Notes under the pieces: generated by a model
The model's input: the letters and a program-made list of their open reading frames with translations, nothing else
Told to the model about the DNA's origin: nothing
The model's database searches: none
Source: Styela clava
Taxonomy: Eukaryota
Direction of reading: 5' to 3'
Assembly: GCF_964204865.1 (NCBI RefSeq)
Contig: NC_135250.1
Coordinates: 20,336,001 to 20,400,000 of the forward strand
Length of the DNA stretch: 64,000 nucleotides
Translations under genes and position numbers: made by a program
Part shown: positions 39,510 through 52,504 of the stretch, in pieces
Numbering within the stretch: position 1 is the stretch's first letter
How the letters are laid out: the number at the start of each line of letters is the position of its first letter

Positions 39510-42500
39510 GTATATTAACATAATTATAAATGATATAAGTTATATAACATGGTCAAAAATTTATTCTAAATTCATTCCTCTCTACAATCAAAGATAACTA
39601 AACTGACTGTGAAACTGAAAAATGTGCAAAACGCGCATTCGGCGGAAACACAACAGAAAGTAAATTGCACTGAACTGAACTTACTTTCAACTTTTCTTTC
39701 AAAGTCTGTTTATTTAAGTATTAATTGGGTAAAGAATGATACTAATGTCAAATGAATCATAGACGAAATGTTCTATGATTAAATTAATATTTATTACTAT
39801 AATAGACGGAGACTTTCATTGATTTTTATTTATGATCTACAGCCGTTCTACCCAGTGTGGAAACTAGAAGTTCATTCTGCAATTGGCAATAGTATCATCT
39901 CATCATTATCAAAAATAATATATATTCACTGAGGAAAAGAGTCAAAGAAACCCGACGTTGTCTGAATGGATGCGATGAATTCAATTTTATTTTATAATAT
40001 TTCATTCTGAGTTATTATTTCATGTTTGAATAAATTGGAATTGGATATATTGTATATAATTTATTATACGTGCAGGGCTAGAGAGTTTATTCAAGATAGT
40101 TGGAAATGTTCAATTCCGTTCAAACTTCACAAGTTCCCGGACGAACGAAATCTTAAATTTGTTGCATTTTTATTCTAGCTAATTATTTTTATCCACATAT
40201 TTTCCGTTAAGGAAGTTAAAAAATTAAGAATTGGTAAACGAATAAGTTTGACTGATTTTGAAAAAAAAGCCATTTTACCCTCATTTCTCTTTTATTAAAT
40301 ATTAATAATAGCTATATTATCTAATCATCAACGGATCCAATGATTATATTTATATTTTTACTATATTCCAGAATACTAGAACCGTTTGTAATAAAAATGA
40401 AAGGATAATTTTGGTTATCATTTCGATGACATTCAATTTAAAAATGGGCTTAGAACAGAGAAAATAGTATATTAATTCAAAGTTTTTGATTTTGAACTCA
40501 GTAAATACAAAATCAAAAAATGGTTTATTATTAACTATTTGAATGCTGAACGTTGAGAAATCGTTCATTCAGCATTCCAACCTAATTTAGTGCCACCCAA
40601 CATTACCTTTTCATTTCATACTCACTTAATATATCTATACCCGTTTCTATTTACGATTTTATTATTACAAATTTACTAAGTGACTTTTATCTTTGCATAT
40701 AGGTATAGGTTGATTTGATTATTTTTAACTCGCAATTATATTACTCAAAGGCTTTGATTTATAGTTTCCTAGAGTGTGGGATATAAAAGTGTAATCTTAC
40801 ATTATAGTGTTTGAAGTCATTGAATGAATTAAATAAGTGCTATGAATCAAGCGGACCCATGGTAACTCCTCGCTCATGTCGGCAACACCTTGTAGTGGCT
40901 ACAAACTGGGATATAGGATGTAGCTCATTAACTGGGCCAGGCGTTGCGATAGAAATATTCTACTATAGTACTCGTATAAAACAAAACAAGACATGCCAAA
41001 AACGTTTTAATGTTTCCACTGGTCAAAAATGGAAACCAGAACGACCTCTGCATGGTATTCGATTCTGACGAAAATTTAAATTTCAGCTTGGTTTTATTTT
41101 TTAAAAAGTAAACATCTACGCTTGTTTAATAACTAAATGAATGTTTATGGAATAAATTTGTAGTCACACTTAAAAAATATTTGACTAAACATATGATCAC
41201 TTATCAGACTTTATATTCCCTTGGCTGGTTTATACGTGCGCCATTGAACTCACCAAAATGTAGAAAGAACGTAGTGTTTACAAATGATTTAATGCAATTA
41301 CTGATATTTTTGAATGAAGAAATTTGCTCATTGCAAGATCACGCCTCCTTACTCAGAAATAGAAGAAATTCAAGTCTGAGCGCAGTTCCGGCCGACCACT
41401 AAAATTGCCATAAGCTACTAAGACTATTGACGTCATACTTAAAAAGCCAATGTGATCAGGAAAACAGCTATAAGGTTATGAATCCCACATAATAGCAGTT
41501 CTTGGAAAAAACTTTGGGCATGATTTTTTTTTATATAGTAGATACACTGACAGTGAACGAATGCAAGTTCACAGCTAACCGAGTTTCATGACTCAAAACT
41601 AATTTGGAGGAACAAATTTCCACATTTCAGAAGAACACATTTGTTTACAATATCTGTAAAATAAACACAGCGACGCAACATTTTGGCGATGAACGAGTGG
41701 TTGCGAATTTGATATTCTTTTTAACTATTTCCAAAGTGTTTTAATACGGTCACAGAAGTCCCATCCCAAACACGACAACCATACTCCACTCTTGGACGTA
41801 TTACATTTCCATATAGAGATAATATCCAGATTTCTTGTGTGTAATTTATATACTTATACAAAACGAGATATGATTGGAACAACAACAAAAAACAGTATAT
41901 TTATGTTTTTATGTCAATTGTATATGGCTGAATTTGACAATATATTATGGGCAATACTTTATTTGCGTATATATTATTTACTCCAGCATATATAGATGTG
42001 AATAAAAATTTGATCAATAAAAAATTTATGATTAAAATGATACGAGTGATTCAGGTTGTAGGTAGGGCAAAGTTGAAACAACTTTTATTCAAATAATATC
42101 GATTATCGATATTGAAGTAGATATGAATCAAATAATTTCGCGTTAAAATTTTACTGTGAAGAACATTTATTATACGGACGCGCAAAAAAACGTTTTGTAA
42201 AGACGGTTTTTTCTAATATATAAGCTCAGATATAATCAGTGGGTATAGAAATTACTCTGGATGGCCATCAAATTTAGAATCAAAATGCAATTCGATATGA
42301 ATATCTATATAACTATATAACACGACCAGCATCGAAGTTTTGTAGATAAATATGCCCCGAGTTAGTGTCAATTAGAATTGGCTAATAATTCGTTAAAAAT
42401 ATGTTAGAAACATAAAATTTGAATAAAATCAAGAGCCATCAGCTAGATACTGCGCAAAAAATTATCTTTAGTTATTAATGTTATAATTTGAATAATTTTT

Positions 42501-43025
42501 TCCAATAACAAATATTGCCCACAACTGTCGAAAAATTAAATTAATGGTAGTTCCATATTGATGAAAATAATGAAATATAATATAATGAATAAAACGATTT
42601 ATTTCTATTGGCTTATGATTGTAATCAAACAATCGCTTGTTAATCAAATTATGTGGAACATAAATTTTATACAAGCGAATTTTTTCTGAATTGTGTTGGA
42701 ATGATGTTCAACTTTTATAATATGGCACCAACCGAATATATTGAACTTGTTGTCAACTTTGGCAATTTGTTTTCCATGTTAATGGTGGTGACTAAGTTGA
42801 TCATATGGACTATGTTGTCGGACTAAAAATACTTTCACATCAGGCGAATAAAAACACTTTTCGCTTTGTTCACATTTAATCATTCAATCTTACTACGAAT
42901 TCCTTCAACCAAATATACACGAATATAAACGAATTACAGATTATAATCGTTATCAGATATAAGACAGTGTGTGATTCAGATTTATTCTTGGAATTTTAAA
43001 TTGCAAACTGTACGAACTGCTTCAA

Positions 43026-43387
43026 CTAGTGAAACTGTAAGTAACTATACTGCACATATGTAACAAAGTATGAAATATTCCCCGTGGTGATATCTGAATA
43101 ATAAGGCTTTTCTTTAAGTTTCGTTTCGATCAACCTGGGTATAACGGCCACACGCACAGTGACTACATTTTGATAAACTGGAGAAATTAGTTACGGCAAT
43201 ACATGGTGTATTAAATGTTAAAAAAAATTTATGAATATATATAGATAAGGATTTATCAATGATTTTTTATTTACATCTTTGTAGGAAAATTGATCGCAAG
43301 TTATACTTCGGAGACTATGAATTTACGTTTTATGAAGATGGAAAAGACAGATATTACCGCGCTCAACATGTCGTGTACACATATTTT
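43026..43387 (+). pseudogene. Inserted fragment of intron 1 and exon 2 of a gene-B-like paralog
   Basis: Homologous to 46649-46996; exon part KLYFGDYEFTFYEDGKDRYY versus B TLYVGDYELTYYNSGKDAYY; 1-nt frameshift; flanked by a ~30 bp direct repeat. Confidence 0.8.
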
Positions 43388-43719
43388 TTTAAATTGAAAC
43401 TTTACGAACTGCTTCAAACAGTCGAACACTTGCTTCTATTTTCGACAAAGTTATTTTACACCATTGTTACAACGAACGATTTTTTAGCCCATTATTCAGC
43501 AAATACTTTTGATGACAATGTTAAAAAATCAGATTTCGAATAATAATGATCAATTTTTTGTTTCTTGTGATATAAATTGATTGAAAGTTGCCGCAGTATA
43601 AATCTAAGTTTTTGTGTGAAAGTCCATTGAAAGGGGCAACGAAATAATTTTCTTGGTTGACTTCGAAATTTGATATCTTTTGTGTTATGAATCAGAAATA
43701 TGAGTTGCATCAAATAGGA

Positions 43720-45106
43720 TAGCGTTTCCCAACCTTTTTTGTTCACGGACTAATTTCTCACCGGCGAAAACCTTTGCGGACTCAAGGTACGTTTAGTGCA
43801 ACGGTACTCTGTGTAAAGAACCAATAAAACCAAACACAACAGAATTTCAACGATTTTCAAAATGGGAAATTCGCTGCAATTACGCGTTCGTTAAAAGAGC
43901 CGACTTGTTAGTGTATAATGGCCTGTTCTGTCGCACAATATTCAGTCCATGACAACGACGAGAATTTAAAATGTTTTTCTATTTTAATTTAATTGGGTTC
44001 ATGGTAACTCGCGGCTGCGTCGACTTACGGAAGATTAAAGCATTACGTCTTTAAAATACTACGACAATCTGCGGCAATCGCCCGATTATATTTAGTTTTG
44101 ATACATATATATTGTTTGCGCTCTTGCGAATTTGTTATTGCCTCAAGAACAATCCTACTATCTGCTATAAATTTCCAGAAAGTACAACTTGATTTAGTAC
44201 TTATTAAAAATATATTTAAAGTATATTAGTAAATTAAAAATACATTAATCGCCTTGCTTTATTATTAATTTAATTGTGATCATTTTAATCTGCGGTTGTG
44301 TTGACGAAATAAAAGCAATACTACTCAGAAAATATCATGACAAACCGTGGACACAAAAATGCGATTACATTTTGTTTTGATTCGTATTTTTGTGAATTCG
44401 ACAAAACTGAGTTGTTCGTACAACACTTACGGCGCTCCAGCACTGTACGTACCAATGTGAAGGCGGTAATGCAAAGAATCCTAAGGGAAAATGCCCTGGT
44501 ACGTTTACTTCGGTGGCACCCGAAATTTTGCGATTGGCAATGTCTAAAAAAGCGTCTTCAATCGGTCGCGGACAATCATAAAACAAAACTTGTGCTATTC
44601 TCCGTTTTATTTTCCGTATTTTGTATTGCCGCTTTTCAAGTAAGAAAATTTGGGTTGACACCTGGAAGGAAAAAAAAAATATTCCTTGTTGTTCGAACTC
44701 GGGGGAAACACCACTTAGGTATCTATTGAAGCGTGTGCAGACTCGTGTTTTCGTCGGAAATCCGCCAAGTGAGTTGGGAAATCCAATCGTTTGATTAAGC
44801 GACGCGCAAGTGACCTGTTGCGCCACTTGTTACCAATTTTCGAATAGTAATTGCTATTCTAATAGTAGAATATTGGAATATATGCCCAGCACTACTCAGT
44901 AACAATTAACTATTGACTCGATTAATGTTATGTGAATAAACTTGCTCTTTATGTTTTGTGTAAATTCTAACGTGAATCGTAACTTGGCTGATAGTTAAGT
45001 TTCGCAAAAACGTATGCGTCCCGCAGTGAATTTCGGGCACGTTGCGGACTCATTCAACCGCTCCGCGGACTCATCTGAGACCGCGTACTCGGGTTGGCAA
45101 ACACGG
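43720..45106. mobile_element. Non-autonomous hAT-type element
   Basis: TIRs TAGCGTTTCCCAACC / GGTTGGCAAACACGG, 8-bp TSD AAATAGGA; empty paralogous site at ~54160. Confidence 0.85.
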
Positions 45107-46457
45107 AAATAGGATTATGGCGGAGTTTGGCAACACAATTCAAAAACTGGATAGCGATTGTCTCTTATTAATTGTAAAATTAGACCAATTTGATCACATT
45201 GTAACTTTAAAAACATGCTTCCATAATAATATACTTTTTAAAATAAATAAGCGTACTTCAATTTGTTGTACCAAATCATAATCATCAAACAGCGTCATAA
45301 CGCAATTCACGATCATATTCAAAACAAAATAAATAGATTATGCTTACATCTGGTTATATCCATAGGTAGGTTGATATTTTTCGAGACTGCAATGCTAGAA
45401 TCCCAGCTCATCCCTGCCATATAACGTGTAGAATCCACGAGGATGGGGGTGAGGTAAAGAGGCTAAATATGACCTTGGACGTTGTATAGTTAAAGTGGAA
45501 TTGGTCGGCGAGAAATATGACTCTGTTCAGTTCTTGTTATTACTTTTTGCAAATATGATTATTAAAACCAAATATAATTTCAGTTATTGATGTGTACCAG
45601 ATGTATTATAGTGGAAGTGGATACTTTATGACTAAATAACGTATGTATATTTAGAATACCTTCGAAATAGCATCAAATTGCGATGTCAAAGCGACATGTA
45701 ATAATGTAAACATGTAATAATTGTTCTTTTACTTAAGATTTTTAAAATGCCTTGAGCGATATTTGTTCGCAAAAACACCAATCGCTATATAAAATCTTCT
45801 GTTCGGAAAAAGCCAGCATATCAGTGAATATAAATTTTGCGGACGCCAGAGCACGTATGGTAGGTACGGGACCTAATTGTTAAAGCGTTGGAATTACACA
45901 TCCCGGGTCCAGATCCTGTGCCCACAAATGCATTGTGTAGGTAATGCCAAACCGGTCTCCCAATAGCTTTTTGGTTTGTCAATAAAGAAACGATTCTTCA
46001 AAATTTGCAACTTGAAAAAATTGATTTTCATTATAAACTTTCGTTCTAGAGAAATACCTTGCATTTTCTTTTTTTGTTATGTGGAAAAATTTTGTTATCG
46101 AATGGAATCAGTTGAAGAAGTCAACATCAAAAAATAGAAAGAGTTTTTAAAAACATTGAAAACATTAAACGAACGCCTCCATATTCGTTACCTTCTCTAG
46201 TCTTGTTTCAAGCAAACGGTTATATATCCGTATAACTTTAGATATATGAATCACTATTGAAATTTAAGGCCTCAGTATGGTGCGCACTAATTTGGTTTGG
46301 AAACATTTGCCACTGAAATTTTTGAATCCACATACTAACTAAATTATTTTACAAAAATATTCTGTGATAACTGGGTATTGTTTCCTAATAAATACATGTA
46401 TCATTCTATTTAATATTGATAGAAGCATAAATATTTTTTTCAGATTTTTTTATAGAA

Positions 46458-49400
46458 ATGGAATTTCAGACAATGAAAATTTTAGGATTAGCATTTGTTT
46501 TCTTTATTTCGCAGAATGAAGGTAAGTAAATATAAAATCGTTGATTGTAAATAAATACAGCTGCACAGAAATACTTCAATGATTATCAATTAGAGTGGCT
46601 AAAATTTTAAAATTCTTTGATTTGTAAAATTATTCAACATCAGTTCAAAGTGAAACTGTAAGTAACTGTACTGCACATATGTAACAAATTATGAAACATT
46701 TCCCGTGGTGATATCTGAAAAAAAGTTTTTTTTTTAAGTTTCGTTTTCTTTAAATCAACCTGGATATAACGGATACACACAATGAATACATTTTGATAAA
46801 CTGGATAAATTATTTACGTCAATGCATGGTGAAATGTTACAAATTCTTATGAAAAATATAGATGAACAATTATCAAAGATATTTTATTTACATCGTTGCA
46901 GGAAAATTAATCGACACGTTGTACGTCGGAGACTATGAATTAACCTATTATAACTCTGGAAAAGATGCATATTACTCCCATCAAACTGCTATTTACGAAT
47001 GTGTTGTAAAAATGCCTGGCTCAAGATTGGTGATTACAGATAATGAAAATTTACATGAAGCAGTGAAAGAACTCTTGAAAAACAAGTGAATTTTATTGAT
47101 TTTGTCTCTCTCTGTGCGTGTGTGTTTTTTTGAGTGTTTTTTTTTTTATTTTATTTTATTAAACTGACTAAATACTGTTAGTCTAACGATGTTGGAAAGC
47201 AATAAACGTTCTGAAAGAAATACATATATTCCAGTAAAAGAATCAAACATATTTTGTGTTTCAGTACATCAGATAAAGTCTTGATTGGTGCATTCAAGAT
47301 TAGAGAAACCAAAGAATACTATTGGATGAATGGGGAAAAGCTCAAAGCCGGATTTACTAAATGGTAATACTTTTTATTACTTTTTGTGTTTAAATTGTTT
47401 CCGACCCCTTATAATATTGAATGTGTTATTTAATGTTAAAGGGCTGAGAATGAACCAACAACTGACTACCATACTACAGAGGACGTGTATGTTACATTTG
47501 CGGATTCTGATTTAAAGTGGTTTGTAGAGCCATATTTCTATGGCACTCGAACTGGATTCATATGCCAAACTAGTAAGTTAAAATTATTGGTGTGAGAAGA
47601 TTTTGTGTACATAATATATATTCAAATTTCAATGCTGTGTTCATTTTTAATTTCATGTTAATAATTTTAGGTCGTTATTGGTGTTTTTTCTTTAGTAGAA
47701 CATAAAAACTTTTATCAGAGGTTCTCACGCTGCAACGATAATCGGTTGTTTTTGTACAATTTCTGTAGCTTAGTTGTATTTTATATGTAATACGTATTTA
47801 GAAATATTTGCCGCTGTAGCAATATTCTCTGACGTGGAAATTGCCATCACAGAATGTATATTTTAGCATTATAACCTAAACACTTATACTATATTGTAAT
47901 TATGCAGGAATTGACAAACTCCAACCGTCGTACTACGCTGAACTTTCTTTCGAAGATACAAACTCTACAAACACAGGCATTGGAACTATGACCTATTGGG
48001 ATGCACAGAAGATGTGCACAAAGAATCAAAGTAGAATTGTAGACATTGTTAACGATAGGGCGTTCTTTGAGATTCGTGAAAAGTGTGCCAGGTATTTCAA
48101 CTTTTCCATAATGCTTTCTTCCCGTAGCGGACCGCTTCTATTGTTTATTAGATGACAGAGATATTCGATAGCATAATTATACAGTATGTGGTAAACTAAA
48201 CTGAATACTTTCTAAATACTTTAGCAAAATTATTATGCTTTTATCTGTATTATGAGTATGATTCTTAAAAAATGTAAATATTTTTTTTAATATTATTCGG
48301 CCTCCAATTAACAAAATTGACTTAGCCTAGTTGAGACACGAGCTGGGGTTTTTTTTAGTCCAAATTTCTTCCCTATGTGTATTCATGACAAACTTTCGCT
48401 CAAGATAGATAATTAAGATTATATTTTTCAAACACCAATTCAATAAGAAGAAAAAAGAACCATTGAAACTTTTGTACTCTTATTTAGTGACCCGACACTC
48501 AAGTATTGGATACGAAAAGATGAAAACTCTAAAAACTGTTTAATTATGGGAAGTGAAGGATGGTCACAAAATGATTGCGATGATCCGTCTATTTATCCCA
48601 TTTGTGAGAAAAGTGAGTATCAGGCACAAATTACGTTGTTTATAATATTCACAAGTTACATAGTAGATGAATCGACGATAAAAACAGAGCGTGTTGACGT
48701 TTAAGCTATTAAATAATTTGTATATGCTACATTTCCTGGGCGACTAGCAGAACAAAATTTGACTCTCGGTTATATTTCCTGTGATGTGCTTCTTTGTGAA
48801 TATCTCATCTACAAATAGTCTTAATTCCTGCCTCCGTTTTGGGCGTGCGTTTCTGAGCAATTTTACTGAAATTGTATGTGAAAATGATTTAATTTTTAGT
48901 TCCACCATGGGGCTTGAGAGTTTCCAACGAACGACCAGTTATTAAGAGAAAAGAAAGCATTACGATTGACTGTAGAGCATCAGGATATCCAATTCCAATT
49001 GTTGGTTGGCAACGAAGGGATAGAACTGTCAGCGAAGTGTTAAATCGACGAATCCATCAGATAAAATATGACGGATTTTCTCGACTTGTGATAAACAACG
49101 CCAAGCCTTTTGACTCAGGAAGATATCATTGCTTTGCCACTAATTCAATTAATTCTGTGAGAGGATACGCAGATGTCAGAGGTAACACAAGTACAGTTTG
49201 TAAAATTCGTACGGGGCTACGCCCTGACATCATTCGTGCCCAATTGTGTCAATATATCAAGTTAGATGTACTATTTATATTATTATTATTATATTCTTAG
49301 TTGATGGTATGATGCAACATAATTTTACAACATTTGAAGAGAATTTCGTACAAAATACGTAAGTGATGTATTAAAATGGATCTCCGTTATGCAACATGTT

Positions 49401-51178
49401 ATATGAATTAAATTACGTATAAGCCCATGTTATTAAAACGCCGGCTGTTTCCTAAATAACATTAGTCAATATTACAATGTTATTCTAAGCTATGTTGTCT
49501 TTACTGTTCACGCACATATGAAATGAAATATTAGCTTTTGTAGAAACATACGAAGGAATGCATCTTTGTTGAAAGGCTTGGTCGATCCACAATTTAAAAT
49601 AAATAAGTATTCAGTTGATTCAAGATTCTTGATTAGTCATCTTTATTCTCGCTAAGGCATCTCTGTATTACAAGCACACTGATCCATTTGCGCAAAAGAA
49701 TAAAGCAAGGAAAGTTAGTTTCGCGTAACCCCGACTTAAAGTATTAGGCTAAATAAGTATGTGGTATTTGTGCATTCTAATAAAATCGGTACTCCTTTAG
49801 TGTGTGTGTACCAGGTGAGGGTTAGGCTCTAATTTGATTCCGATTTCCCCTATTTTAGCTCTATTACGAGTTCGGGGACTGTCCGTCTTAGCCAATTCAA
49901 TTTACCCCCTTACCAATGGGCTTCAGTCCGTCTGCACAATTTGTTGTAAAATAGGCCAACAAAATTAATTACCACCATATTGATACACACACTTCGGGAG
50001 CGCCCTAAAATCAAATATATTGTAATATTTTGATTAAAAACAAGATTACCTGATACACACTTTTCATACAGAATATCTGAAAGCAATAAACCAAGTGCCG
50101 CTCTACCATCAATTGGTCGACCTTCAATCAACAATTTAGGTGAATATCACCTATTTTCTGGAAATATTTTGATATATTTATACGTACGATCATTGCAACC
50201 ACTTATTTTGTGTGAAAATAATTTGTTATTATTCAATATGTGGTTATAGTCAACTTTAGATATTAATCTGATGTAATACAAAAATGCATATTAACCTAAG
50301 TTAATATTTATTTTAAATAATATTATTACAAGATGAATACTTCATACTATATAAGAGAGCACTTTTTTTTTCAGAACATTCGATGTGCAGTACATTGGAG
50401 TTCTCAGTTATTGCAGGTTTTGCGTTACTCTGGTTAACTGTTATCCTGGCGTACACAATATATCTTTGGTAACGTATTTTTGTTTGTTTCAAGTTACTCA
50501 TTTTATCCAACAAAAAGCTGCTTTAAAACCTATTCCAACCCTATTCTCATAACTATCGAAGTATTTGCGAATCATCAATTCTGAGCATATCAGCGCTAAA
50601 AACGGATTTTTATCAAACTTTGAAATTTACGTTTCCACAATCTATTACAATATTTATTTCTACTGGTTAAGCTAACTATATAATAGCTAAATTATCAGCT
50701 AATGCTGTTTTTTGTAAATGAGACTTCCAGTCTACGCGAAAGCGACATTTTGTTTAAATACTTTTTACTCTTTCACAATAACTTTATATTTTTTATTTAT
50801 TTATATAGTTGCTTCAGGAAAACAGCGAAGTCGGCTGATGTGTTCACATCCAATAATCTTGATGGTAAGTTATATTTCAGTATGTTACAAATGTTCTAGA
50901 TTTAATAACAAGCACCTCGGTAGTTTTACTAGCGATTCCTCAGCCAAAAGTTAAATTGTCAAATGTCTTTAAAATTTTTGTAAGTGTTGGCAAGCGCAGG
51001 TGGTTCGTCGTATCTATATCTTTATTATATTAAATATATCAATGATGATTATTATTCTTTATCGATTTTTGTTGGAGTATTGTTAAATAAGGTACTCAAA
51101 CACAGCGTTTACATTGCTTATGATATTTTTTTTTCAGAATCAGCGAATGCGAAAAATGTGATGTCAAATACAAAATAA
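46458..51178 (+). CDS. Gene B: type I membrane receptor, signal peptide - CTLD - compact CTLD - I-set Ig - stalk - TM - short tail (~460 aa)
   Basis: Exons 46458-46521 (MEFQTMKILGLAFVFFISQNEG), 46902-47085, 47265-47363, 47442-47572, 47908-48091, 48488-48612, 48900-49181 (Ig: IDCRASGYPIPIVGW..DSGRYHC), 49301-49358, 50072-50139, 50375-50468 (TM FSVIAGFALLWLTVILAYTIYL), 50809-50864, 51138-51178. All introns are GT-AG, phases are compatible, and there is no stop. Confidence 0.85.
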
Positions 51179-52199
51179 CACAAAAATGGATATATATATC
51201 TTTAATTTTGTGTTTAGTATGATAAATAAAACATTGTTATGCTATAAACTGTTGTTTATTTTGTATGAGTCGTATTTATTTTATATTTATGATGAATACA
51301 AAGACAAATCAAGAGCGTATTTATGATATCTGAGATGCGATTTGGAAAGATTCGTGGAGAATAGATTGTAACAAACCTCGTCAAAATATAAAAATCCTCT
51401 GTCCAGTAAATTATTTTTTCTGGGTAGCAAGCAACGCTGATAAAAGTCCATTGAAAACAAAACAATTATTTAAGAAAAAAGAGGACTATGCCTTAATATG
51501 GGAACACGGAGTGCAAAATGATATATTTTATCACCAATTCACAAAGTGACCCACCGCGTTTTTTCGGTGACCCGCCAAGGCACGAATGAAATTAAAACAT
51601 ACTAACTTGTAAGTGATAAAAATTGATAAAACCGGCTTCAAACAAAGTTAACAGTAAGTAAACTACATAATGTAACGTCAGTTGGACAGCCAGACCTGCG
51701 AACGCTCAAATTCAAATTACCGGATCGGTATGGTAATTTTCGGAACTCCCAATCTTGGATGCACGTGTTCACACATGTAATACTAACATTGATAAAATAT
51801 TTGTGACCCACACTCTTCTGCTCCGTGATTAAAATATAATTTTTGACCCATTCATCGAAAAAGGTTCGCTATCCCTGGTCTAGAAAATATTGAAAAATAT
51901 TAATTCTCATTTTATGCTATAATTGTCACATTTATTATTCTTAAGTTCTTAATTTCATGTGGCAAAGTCTGGTAGAATCAGATCATGCTTGATTATATAA
52001 AAGCATATCCAGTTCAACAACAATTTGGTGTTGATAAAGGCGAAACAGTTCATTAACTCAAGCGTCGGAAAAAAACAGTGAAATTAAAGTGATATAAATA
52101 CGCTGTACATCCATTGATTGCTGTCATTGTCTGGTTTGTTTCTGTGGTTTCGCTAAATCGGCAAAATTTTACTGTTATAAATCACCATAAGTCACTCAA

Positions 52200-52504
52200 A
52201 CCGACGGTGTCTCTTTGAAGCGCGGCGTCTAAAAACACATTCTGACGTGGGTCTTCTCAGCTTAAGGAGGAGAACCAAATACCTTTACATGATACTCTAT
52301 TGTCAAAAAACATCATGGTCAAATTCATATACATAGTTAGCAAAAGGCAGGCAGACAGAATGTCTGAAACGCTTGCCGAAAAAAACACCTGCAACATAAG
52401 ATAGAGACGGAATTTTTATATGCGTATTATGCATAGAGTTTGATAAATTCCTGTAAACAACATACTAAAATCTAGGTGCGTATTATACAAGAAGAAATAC
52501 GGTA
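52200..52504. mobile_element. Tc1/pogo-like MITE end
   Basis: Ends GGTGCGTATTATACAAGAAGAAATACGG-TA; lies in a block (51510-52504) absent from paralogous flanks. The other end was not found. Confidence 0.4.

Larger units (their letters stand above)
41500..45600 (+). repeat. Downstream flank of gene A, direct paralog of the flank of gene B (52510-54540 plus 56545-56600)
   Basis: Shared blocks such as GGCACCAACCGAATATATTGAA, CATCAGGCGAATAAAAACACTTTTCGC and GGTCGGCGAGAAATATGACTCTG. Confidence 0.85.

Noticed and set aside
44337-44826. Overlapping 130-aa and 153-aa ORFs
   Set aside because: Inside a non-autonomous hAT element; no transposase or other motif recognised.
49540-49980. Additional coding exons of gene B between exon 8 and the stalk exon
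   Set aside because: Exon-like blocks have stops in the frames I tested; left out of the model as probable decayed exons.
49910-50134. Conserved minus-strand ORF MLIEGRP... (also 61081-61320)
   Set aside because: Antisense to the stalk exon; recurrence is explained by segmental duplication.
50900-50980. Extra cytoplasmic exon DLITSTSVVLLAIP in gene B
   Set aside because: Would need a 35-nt intron; not supported.
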